A stretch of 32,000 nt of DNA, from the NCBI RefSeq assembly GCF_007748095.1, contig NZ_CP036287.1, positions 3,619,448-3,651,447 on the forward strand, written 5' to 3'. The stretch is from Engelhardtia mirabilis (lineage in GTDB: Bacteria; Planctomycetota; UBA1135; GCA-002686595). Numbering within the stretch: the first letter of the stretch is position 1; every line of letters begins with the position of its first letter. A program made the position numbers and the translations under genes. Shown piece after piece: positions 25,451 through 32,000 of the stretch. The notes under the pieces were generated by a model. It was not told the origin of the DNA. It worked only from the letters and a program-made list of their open reading frames with translations, and did no database searches.

Positions 25451-26076
25451 GCGAGTACCACAAGATCCAGACGGTATGGCTCCGCGACCCCGAGACGAAT
25501 CACAAGACGCTCCTGGAGGGGCGCTGGGCGAAGCCCGAGTTCGAGTACCTGCGAAAGAACTCCTGGACCTTCACCGAGAAGATCGACGGGACCAACGTCC
25601 GGCTGATTCGCGCGAACGGCTGCGACGTCCGGGGCAAGACCTTTCGCGCGCAGCTCCCTCGTGGAGTCTTCGAGGCCGGCGCGAGGATCGTGAAGAGCTC
25701 AGCCTTCGCTCGCCTTCCGGAGGAGATGGTTCTCTACGGCGAGGGCTACGGGGCGAAGATCCAGAAAGGTGGTGGCAACTACCGCCAGGACCAGGGAATC
25801 GTCCTCTTCGATGCCTGGTGTGGGATGTGGCTGGAACGGTCGAGTCTCGAAGAGATCGCGGAGTCTCTGGGGCTGGAGGTCGCCCCCGTGATCGGCTCGG
25901 GGCGGCTGAGCATCGCGATCGACTGGTGCCGCAGCGGCGATCTCAAGTCCCGCTGGGGTGACTTCCCCGCAGAGGGCATCGTTGCCCGCCCCGAGGTCGA
26001 GATGCTCAACCGCCGCGGCGAGAGGGTCATCACCAAGATCAAGTGCCGGGACTTCCGCGAAGGGAGGGCGGCGTGA
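25447..26076 (+). CDS. ATP-dependent RNA ligase family protein (stand-alone nucleotidyltransferase domain)
   Basis: Motif I TEKIDGTN (KxDG adenylylation lysine), then YGEGYG, EGIVARP and KIKCRDF, in the order of covalent nucleotidyltransferase motifs. 209 aa. Confidence 0.8.
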   Translation: MSEYHKIQTVWLRDPETNHKTLLEGRWAKPEFEYLRKNSWTFTEKIDGTNVRLIRANGCDVRGKTFRAQLPRGVFEAGARIVKSSAFARLPEEMVLYGEGYGAKIQKGGGNYRQDQGIVLFDAWCGMWLERSSLEEIAESLGLEVAPVIGSGRLSIAIDWCRSGDLKSRWGDFPAEGIVARPEVEMLNRRGERVITKIKCRDFREGRAA

Positions 26077-27080
26077 GCGCATCCCGCAACGGCCGCCTGA
26101 ACGACCGCCCGGCGATGCAGTGGTACACCGGCGACTACCTCTCGAGCGGCAAGGTCCAGCGCATGGACTGGGCCGAGAAGGGGGTCTACGTGCACCTGCT
26201 CAACCGTCTCTGGGAGGCCGGGGGGTGGCTCGCCGACACCCCCGATGACCTGGCTGACGCCCTGGGCTGCGATCCCGAAGAGGTGCCGAGCCTGGTCACC
26301 GATCGCGTCCGTCGGTGCTTCGTCTTCGAGGATGGGAAGCTGGCGAGCCCGCGGATGCTGCGGGAACTGGAGCATGCCGACGCCTACCGCGAGGCGATGT
26401 CGGAGGCGGGTCGCCGGAGCGCCGCGAAGCGCCAGGCCAAGGCCGCACCCCCCTCCAAGGCCCCGAAAACGGCGATCGAGGCCAACCAGGCTCAACCAGG
26501 TTCCAACCTGGTTCAACCTGGTTCAACCAAGGTTCAACCTGGTTCAACACCCAACCCAACCCAACCCAACCCATCCCAACCCAGTAAGACCCCCCAACCC
26601 CCCACCGCTCCCGAGCCCGAGCCCCCGCCCAAGCCCCGGGCGGCAGCGCCTGCGGCGCAAGCTCGCTCCGCTCGCGGTGGTCGGGCCAAGGTCGCGGCGT
26701 GGGATCAGCTCCTGGCCCCGGGTGGCGAGTTCGAGCGGCTGCGGGGCGGCCCGTTCTGGGCGATGCTCGAGGTCTGGACCGAGCACCTGGCCGCCAGGCT
26801 GTCCAAGGCCCACACGCTCGTCGGCGCCCGCACGGCGCTGCGCAAGATCGAGACCATGGGCCCAGTGCGGTTCGGCTGGGCCGTGGAGCACTCGACGGCC
26901 GGGAACTACCAGGCCCTGGTCGAGCCCGACCGACCTCGCGCCGGGCGCCCAGTTGGCACCGTGGGCGAGCAGATCGCCGAGCAGGTGCGAACCGGCGCGC
27001 TCGAGCTCGTCCCGGCCCCGACCGAGGACTTCGACTGGCGCAAGGCCGACCGCGAGCGGCGGCACGGGAGGCGGGCATGA
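26073..27080 (+). CDS. DUF1376-family phage replication-associated protein
   Basis: GTG start overlapping the previous stop. WYTGDYLSSGKVQRMDWAEKGVYVHLLNRLW matches the YdaU/DUF1376 N-terminal signature as I recall it. A Pro/Gln-rich linker is encoded by the repeat array. Confidence 0.75.
   Translation: MSASRNGRLNDRPAMQWYTGDYLSSGKVQRMDWAEKGVYVHLLNRLWEAGGWLADTPDDLADALGCDPEEVPSLVTDRVRRCFVFEDGKLASPRMLRELEHADAYREAMSEAGRRSAAKRQAKAAPPSKAPKTAIEANQAQPGSNLVQPGSTKVQPGSTPNPTQPNPSQPSKTPQPPTAPEPEPPPKPRAAAPAAQARSARGGRAKVAAWDQLLAPGGEFERLRGGPFWAMLEVWTEHLAARLSKAHTLVGARTALRKIETMGPVRFGWAVEHSTAGNYQALVEPDRPRAGRPVGTVGEQIAEQVRTGALELVPAPTEDFDWRKADRERRHGRRA
26483..26583. repeat. iteron-like array: about 6 x GGTTCAACC(W), then about 5 x CCAAC(C)
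   Basis: ccaaccaggctcaaccaggttccaacctggttcaacctggttcaaccaaggttcaacctggttcaacacccaacccaacccaacccaacccatcccaaccc. Period 10-11 nt, with five CCWGG sites. Confidence 0.8.
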
Positions 27081-27508
27081 AGCGCGCCGAGCACGTCGCG
27101 AAGACCCTCGCGTTCCTGGGCGAGTGCTACCCCGGGCTCCGCAACGGCGGGCCGGCGCAGCTCGCGGCCTGGTCCGCGATCCTCGGGAGCTACTCCCTGG
27201 CGCAGCTCCTCGAAGCGGCCGAGGCCGTGGCGCGGACCCACACCTACGGGATCCCGGCGCCCGCGCACCTGGTCGAAGCGATCGAGGGCCGGCTCGTCTG
27301 GAGCCAGGTCCCCTACCGCGACATCTGGGGTTCGCTCCGGGTCGACGGCAACGGCCGGCGGGTGACCGAGGCGAAGCTGGTCCGCCGCTTCCCGGACGGG
27401 CGAGAGGAACCCGCCGACGATGCGCTGGACGACGAGCGCCCGATGCTGCCGCCTGGCGCGAAGACCGCGGGGATGCTCGCGGCGGAACTGGCTGGGGGTG
27501 ACTCGTGA
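27077..27508 (+). CDS. phage-like hypothetical protein
   Basis: The ATG overlaps the upstream stop (ATGA). 143 aa with native-like codon usage. Confidence 0.6.
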   Translation: MKRAEHVAKTLAFLGECYPGLRNGGPAQLAAWSAILGSYSLAQLLEAAEAVARTHTYGIPAPAHLVEAIEGRLVWSQVPYRDIWGSLRVDGNGRRVTEAKLVRRFPDGREEPADDALDDERPMLPPGAKTAGMLAAELAGGDS

Positions 27509-27903
27509 AGCGCTCCAACCCCAACCGCCGCGAAGCCTGGAACCAGCGCCGCAACCGCAAGCGCCTGGAGCGTCACCGCGAGTTGAAGCGCAGGAGCGCC
27601 AATCGAGGATCCGGGTTCCAGTTCGAGCGGGAGCTTGCCGAGCGTCGCGCGGCCCTCGCCGATCGACGCTGGGCCCGCGAGGAGTTCAGGCGCCTGGTGC
27701 TGATTCGCGCCGGCCATCGGTGCGAGCGGTGCAGTTCGGCTTGGGAGCTTCAAGCTCACCACTTCCTGCCCAAGTCTCGCGGCGGCCCAGACCTCCCGGA
27801 GAACGGCATTTGCCTGTGCGCAAAGTGCCACCGGGGCGTCCACGACCACACGGTCGAGGACTGGGCGAGCTGGATCGATTCGCGGAAGGCGGGTGCGGCG
27901 TGA
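27505..27903 (+). CDS. HNH endonuclease
   Basis: GHRCERC...LQAHHFLPKSRGG...ENGICLCAKCHRGVH is an HNH / zinc-ligand motif. GTG start overlaps the upstream stop. Confidence 0.85.
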   Translation: MKRSNPNRREAWNQRRNRKRLERHRELKRRSANRGSGFQFERELAERRAALADRRWAREEFRRLVLIRAGHRCERCSSAWELQAHHFLPKSRGGPDLPENGICLCAKCHRGVHDHTVEDWASWIDSRKAGAA

Positions 27904-29360
27904 TTCTTCGACGATACGGAGCGTGCGAGGGCGCCCAGCTCTTCGACGAGCTAGTCGTCGACAACTTCGCTGGAGGCGGTGGAGCCTCCATTGGGATCGA
28001 GCAAGCCCTCGGTCGGTCGGTGGACGTGGCGATCAACCACGATCGCGAGGCTGTCGCGATGCACCGAGCGAATCACCCGGGCGCACGGCACCTCTGCCAG
28101 GACGTCTTTCGGGCGAAGCCTCTCGAAGTCACAGGCGGTCGTCCCGTGGGTCTCGCATGGTTCAGCCCCGACTGCACCTACTTCTCGAAGGCCCGCGGCG
28201 GACGCCCCATCCGGGACACGCGCCGCAGGGATCTGGCTTGGGTCGTGATCAGGTGGGCGAAGACCGTTCGGCCCCGGGTGATCCTCCTCGAGAACGTCGA
28301 GGAGTTTCGAACCTGGGGGCCGCTCGGCCGCGACCGACGCCCATGCCCCCGCCGCCGTGGCCGCACATTCGAGCGGTGGGTCTCCGAGCTCCGGTCCGCG
28401 GGCTATGACGTGGAGTGGCGGGAGCTGCGCGGCTGCGACTACGGAGCGCCGACCACTCGAAAGCGGCTCTTCCTGATCGCCCGGTGTGATGGCCAGCCGA
28501 TCTCCTGGCCGGAGGCGACGCACGGCCCCGACCAAGCCCTTCCGTTCCGATCCGCCGCAGAGTGCATCGACTGGTCGATTGCCTGCCGCTCGGTCTTCGA
28601 ACGCAAGAAGCCGCTGGCGGACAAGACGCTGCACAGGATTGCGACCGGGCTCCGCCGCATCGTGCTCGAGGCGCCCCAGCCGTATCTGGTCCGCCTCCAG
28701 GGGACCTCGGAAGCCCACCTTCGAGCGGCTTCGAGCGCCACAGATGCCCCGCTCGGCGCAGTCTGCGCCGGCGGCGGACACCATGCCCTCGTCGCGCCCT
28801 TCACTGTCCCCAGGCACGGAGAGCGACCCACGCAGGCCCCGCGCTGTCGCGCCATCGATCGTCCAGCGCCGACAGTCACCGGCACAGCGAACGGCGCGAG
28901 CCTCGTCGCGGCCTGGCTCGTCAAGCACTACGGCGGCGTCTACGGGCACGGATTGGAGCGTCCCGCAGGCTCTGTCACGACCCGCGACAGCCACGGCCTC
29001 GCCTCCACGACCCTGGAGGGGCCGACCGATCGTGGCCGGCTGGTCGCCGACCTGATCCGCACCTACGCCCCTGGCCCATTGCGGACTGATGAAGCAGGGA
29101 GGGTCCTGCTGATGGTGGACGGGGCCAACCACGCCCTTGTCGACGTCGGGATGCGAATGCTCGATCCCCGGGAACTCTTCCGGTGCCAGGGCTTCCCCGA
29201 GGACTACATCGACGACTGGGGCATCGACGACGACGGATCGCGCGTGGCGTTCACCAAGGCCACCAGGACGCGCCTGGTCGGGAACAGTGTTTGCCCCCCG
29301 GTGGTCGAGGCGATCGTCCGTGCCAACGCGCTGGAGCTGGCAGCGGAGGCTGTGGCATGA
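27900..29360 (+). CDS. DNA (cytosine-5)-methyltransferase
   Basis: Start chosen at the GTG overlapping the HNH stop. Motif I DNFAGGGG, motif IV SPDC, motif VI LLENV, TTRKRLF, and C-terminal GNSVCPP. Confidence 0.88.
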   Translation: MILRRYGACEGAQLFDELVVDNFAGGGGASIGIEQALGRSVDVAINHDREAVAMHRANHPGARHLCQDVFRAKPLEVTGGRPVGLAWFSPDCTYFSKARGGRPIRDTRRRDLAWVVIRWAKTVRPRVILLENVEEFRTWGPLGRDRRPCPRRRGRTFERWVSELRSAGYDVEWRELRGCDYGAPTTRKRLFLIARCDGQPISWPEATHGPDQALPFRSAAECIDWSIACRSVFERKKPLADKTLHRIATGLRRIVLEAPQPYLVRLQGTSEAHLRAASSATDAPLGAVCAGGGHHALVAPFTVPRHGERPTQAPRCRAIDRPAPTVTGTANGASLVAAWLVKHYGGVYGHGLERPAGSVTTRDSHGLASTTLEGPTDRGRLVADLIRTYAPGPLRTDEAGRVLLMVDGANHALVDVGMRMLDPRELFRCQGFPEDYIDDWGIDDDGSRVAFTKATRTRLVGNSVCPPVVEAIVRANALELAAEAVA

Positions 29361-29830
29361 CCTGGAAGCAATCCCGAACCCTCCCGAAGTGGTGGCTCTA
29401 CGCAGACGGCCGATCGGGCCCTCGCTGCGAGATCGTGCACTCCGAGGCTGGATTCCACGCTTCGCACTACACGGGGTTCGTAGCGGAGTCGCGGCCGTTC
29501 CCGACGCTCGCGCTGGCGCAGCGATGGTGCGAGTGGGCGGAGGATGAGGTGGAGCGCGGGCTCGAGATCGCCGCCCCGGCGCTCCGCGCGATCGTTCAAG
29601 CGGTTGTCGCCGAAGGTGAGCATCGGCAGGCGCCGCTTCGTGCGCGCGTTGATCGCATCGTCGAAGACATCCGCCTCCCCGGGCTCTACCCGCTGGGCCA
29701 CCCGCTGCACTACCACGGATCGAGACTCGGCTTGCAGCCTGGACCTGAAGAGGGCGCACATCACGGCGGCCTGCCCAAGGTGCAGATCGCCGACGAGGAC
29801 CTGGCGAAGCTCTGGGAGGCGACGCAGTGA
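29357..29830 (+). CDS. phage-like hypothetical protein
   Basis: The ATG overlaps the MTase stop. 157 aa. Confidence 0.6.
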   Translation: MTWKQSRTLPKWWLYADGRSGPRCEIVHSEAGFHASHYTGFVAESRPFPTLALAQRWCEWAEDEVERGLEIAAPALRAIVQAVVAEGEHRQAPLRARVDRIVEDIRLPGLYPLGHPLHYHGSRLGLQPGPEEGAHHGGLPKVQIADEDLAKLWEATQ

Positions 29831-30492
29831 CCCACCCCAACTGGACAACCCCCCGCCCCGGCCTCTGGTCCTTCGCCCAGGGCGACAAGGAGCGCGCCCT
29901 CGTCGTCCGCGACGACCAAGCCCGCACGCTCGACCCTTGGACCTGCTACCTGATCGCCGGCGATGGGAGCCTGACCGAGATCGGGGAGCGCTCGACGCCG
30001 GTCGATGCCCGCGCACTCGTCGAGCGGGAGCTGGCTCTGCGCGATGCCCGCCGAAAGGCCCTGTCGCTACCGGCGCCGCTTGGCCTTGGGCTTCTCGCCC
30101 TCGGCCTTCTCGCAGGCCCGCTCAATCTCGAGGCGCAGGCGCTCAGCGCGCCCCTCGGCATCGGCCCGGAAGTGCGCGACGGCATCCGCCGGCAGTTCGT
30201 CGAAGAACGGGGCGCCCCCAGCCAGTTCCCGCCTGGCCGCCAGGTACGCGCGCACCGCCCGAGCGATGTCGAGGGGGCCCCCGTGCCGCTGGGCCCTGTT
30301 GGCGGCGTCGACGGCCTCTTCCGTGGGCATCCTGTGGACGCGCACCAGGTGGAGCTTGAGCCCGTGCCGGCTCATCTCGTCTTCGTCGTCGTCGCACAGG
30401 GGGCACGCAACCGGATCCACCGGGACCGCGGCGCGCCCTCCCGCCTTCCTCTTGGACTGGGCCATCCCGGGGAGGATCTGGCCCGAGAGTGA
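29827..30492 (+). CDS. hypothetical protein; only the first ~75 codons look protein-like
   Basis: GTG start coupled to the upstream stop. From about 30060 onward it runs antisense to a better-supported minus-strand gene and becomes L/G/P-rich. Confidence 0.35.
   Translation: MTHPNWTTPRPGLWSFAQGDKERALVVRDDQARTLDPWTCYLIAGDGSLTEIGERSTPVDARALVERELALRDARRKALSLPAPLGLGLLALGLLAGPLNLEAQALSAPLGIGPEVRDGIRRQFVEERGAPSQFPPGRQVRAHRPSDVEGAPVPLGPVGGVDGLFRGHPVDAHQVELEPVPAHLVFVVVAQGARNRIHRDRGAPSRLPLGLGHPGEDLARE
30067..30465 (-). CDS. zinc-finger-like small protein, candidate phage regulator
   Basis: The only minus-strand gene in the train. CPLCDDDEDEMSRHGLKLHLVRVH has C2H2-like spacing, and the tail KPKAKRRR is basic. 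It is divergent from the switch-like intergenic region. Confidence 0.6.
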   Translation of the reverse strand: MAQSKRKAGGRAAVPVDPVACPLCDDDEDEMSRHGLKLHLVRVHRMPTEEAVDAANRAQRHGGPLDIARAVRAYLAARRELAGGAPFFDELPADAVAHFRADAEGRAERLRLEIERACEKAEGEKPKAKRRR

Positions 30493-30615
30493 AAAGATCC
30501 AGGATTTCCCCGGATCTGACTTGTGCTGGTCTATCCGATATGGTGATATCTAATCATCGAGAGGGCGGTGGGGCTGACCACCCCGCAAACCAGCCGCCCC
30601 GGAAAGCAGAGAGCC
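30466..30615. promoter_or_regulatory. divergent intergenic region with candidate operators and promoter
   Basis: The locally AT-richest stretch of the window. GGATCT (30474), AGATCC (30495) and GGATCT (30512) alternate as half-sites. GATATGGTGATATC at 30536-30550. TTGTGC-N17-TGATAT is a possible -35/-10 pair. Confidence 0.4.
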
Positions 30616-31104
30616 ATGGCTACCACGACCCGACCGACCTCCCGCAAGCGGCCCCTTCTGGGCTCGCTCCAAGTCCGCGACGCGATCGACGAGATCGCCG
30701 CGACCCTTCGCACGGTCCCGATCGGAGCGAGCTTCGCCTTCGGTGACGACCGGGCCCGCTCCATCGACATCGGGGGCATCGTCTACCCCGACCAGAAGGG
30801 CTACGACCCGCGCGCGCTTCGCGAGCGGATGGACTACTCGCCCAACGACGAGGCGACCGACGACGAACTGCGCGCCGGCTGGGCCCGCGTCGAGGAGTTC
30901 GATCTGGCCGCCGAGGAAGTGCGCGAGGCGCTGGAGCAAGCGCGCGAGCAACTCAACGACGGGCAGACCGAGACCGCGATCGAGACCCTGCGCGCGGCTG
31001 GCGCGAAGTGGGTGGACTTCCTCGATGCCGAGTGCTCGCTGGCCTGCGACGTTGCTCGGGAGCACTTCGAGCTGCTCGGGCTGGGAGAGGGGGCGTCGGC
31101 GTGA
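30616..31104 (+). CDS. phage-like hypothetical protein
   Basis: ATG at 30616 after GGAAAGCAGAGAG. 162 aa, acidic. Confidence 0.6.
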   Translation: MATTTRPTSRKRPLLGSLQVRDAIDEIAATLRTVPIGASFAFGDDRARSIDIGGIVYPDQKGYDPRALRERMDYSPNDEATDDELRAGWARVEEFDLAAEEVREALEQAREQLNDGQTETAIETLRAAGAKWVDFLDAECSLACDVAREHFELLGLGEGASA

Positions 31105-31658
31105 GCAGCTCAATCGAAACCAGCGGCCCCCAACTTCTCACTGAGCCGCCCGAGGACTTCCTGGAGCGCCTGGCGGATATGACCTGGAACCACGAGAAGG
31201 AGCGGGATGGCATCAGCATCGACGAGATCCATGCCTTCGACGCCATCAACCACGTGGTCAGCGGTACCGTGGAGATCGACGGTTTGGAGTACGGCTTCCA
31301 GATCGAGTCGGGCGACATACACGGGACGCTGGTTCACGCCTGGGGCGCCGCAGAGGATGTTGGCCGGTACGTGCCGCCCGAGCCCGAGCAGCGGACGTTC
31401 ATCCCGCGCGACCGGGAGTTGCCGACGCGGCGCCCCGAGATGTTCGCCGTCTATCTGGCGTGGCGCGATACGCCCTGGTTCAAGGAGAAGGTTGGCGGGC
31501 TCAACTACGACTCGCACTTCGCCCCTGGAGGGAAGACCGAGAGCTACTACAGCGACTGGGCTGCCCAGCGAGGCATGACCGTGGGCGGCATGAGCGACTT
31601 CCGGGCGATGCTCGCGGAGTACAAGGCTGGTCAGGCGATGGAAGGGGGCTCCAAATGA
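31101..31658 (+). CDS. phage-like hypothetical protein
   Basis: The GTG overlaps the upstream stop. 185 aa. Confidence 0.6.
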   Translation: MSSSIETSGPQLLTEPPEDFLERLADMTWNHEKERDGISIDEIHAFDAINHVVSGTVEIDGLEYGFQIESGDIHGTLVHAWGAAEDVGRYVPPEPEQRTFIPRDRELPTRRPEMFAVYLAWRDTPWFKEKVGGLNYDSHFAPGGKTESYYSDWAAQRGMTVGGMSDFRAMLAEYKAGQAMEGGSK

Positions 31659-32000
31659 TCCTCCCCACCCGCATCCCCTCCCCCACTCCCGAGGAGCAAG
31701 CCGCCCTCGAAGAGTGGCGCACCGTCCGCCGCACAGGCATCGGGTCCTCCGACGCCGCCTCCGCCTGCGGGCTCGACAAGTATCGCTCGTCCCTCCAACT
31801 CTGGGGCGAGAAGGCTGGGCTCTTGGCCGAGCCGGACCTCGACGATGTGGAGGTGGTCTACATGGGCCGCGTGCTCGAGCCGGTGATCCGCGAGGAGATC
31901 AACCGGCGAACGGACTTCGAGGTCGTGCCCTACGACTCCGAGGACCTCGCCGGGGCGTTCCCTGACTGCGAGCTCGCTGGCATCTGGAACGGGCAGCCGC
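31655..32000 (+). CDS. YqaJ/lambda-Exo-like viral recombinase exonuclease (5' partial, runs off the window)
   Basis: My own translation: MILPTRIPSPTPEEQAALEEWRTVRRTGIGSSDAASACGLDKYRSSLQLWGEKAG... This matches the YqaJ N-terminal signature. The ATG overlaps the upstream stop. Confidence 0.75.
   Translation, partial: MILPTRIPSPTPEEQAALEEWRTVRRTGIGSSDAASACGLDKYRSSLQLWGEKAGLLAEPDLDDVEVVYMGRVLEPVIREEINRRTDFEVVPYDSEDLAGAFPDCELAGIWNGQP

Larger units (their letters stand above)
24215..32000 (+). mobile_element. prophage-like early/replication-recombination region (continues beyond the window)
   Basis: Starts at the tRNA fragment. A train of short plus-strand genes with ATGA/GTGA overlaps includes an RNA ligase, DUF1376 protein, HNH endonuclease, C5-MTase and YqaJ exonuclease. 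Confidence 0.7.

Noticed and set aside
26483-26583. Short tandem repeats considered as a mini CRISPR array.
   Set aside because: The units are only 10-11 nt and directly abutting, with no spacers, and they lie inside a coding region. They are better explained as iterons or a low-complexity linker.

Overview
GC-rich bacterial window (about 70% G+C by eye, so long antisense shadow ORFs are everywhere). All coordinates, starts and mismatch counts were worked out by hand. Several starts are GTG or TTG. The window has three blocks.

(1) 1-5.4 kb, ordinary chromosome. A minus-strand operon encodes a secreted alpha/beta hydrolase, a membrane-anchored IPT/TIG-like protein and a small, very acidic protein. 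A type III glutamine synthetase lies divergent to it.

(2) About 5.7-24.3 kb, bracketed by two direct copies of a tRNA 3' half (45 nt identical). This block carries the main signal, a complete diversity-generating retroelement (DGR). On the minus strand it reads HTH protein, Avd, 135-nt template repeat (TR), then a reverse transcriptase with the IGxxxSQ and YVDD motifs. It serves three variable repeats (VR1-3). Each VR sits at the 3' end of a large paralogous gene encoding an N-terminal trypsin-like serine protease, a central NACHT/STAND P-loop NTPase and a C-terminal FGE-sulfatase (C-type-lectin fold) domain. By hand alignment, 36 of 40 TR/VR mismatches fall on TR adenines, and the TR contains seven AAC codons. 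A 24-nt element follows every VR but not the TR. An 848-bp inverted repeat, made of the 3' ends of targets 1 and 2, brackets the DGR core. Target 2 is translationally coupled to an orphan 445-aa ORF in the same frame. I read this locus as a hypermutable-sensor, protease-armed NLR-like conflict or immunity locus.

(3) 24.2-32 kb, a prophage-like early gene train of tightly overlapping plus-strand genes. It includes a zinc-ribbon protein, a stand-alone RNA ligase, a DUF1376 replication-type protein with an internal iteron/CCWGG array, an HNH endonuclease, a C5 cytosine methyltransferase, a divergent switch region with a minus-strand zinc-finger-like gene, and a YqaJ-type exonuclease running off the window.

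No rRNA, intact tRNA or CRISPR array was seen.
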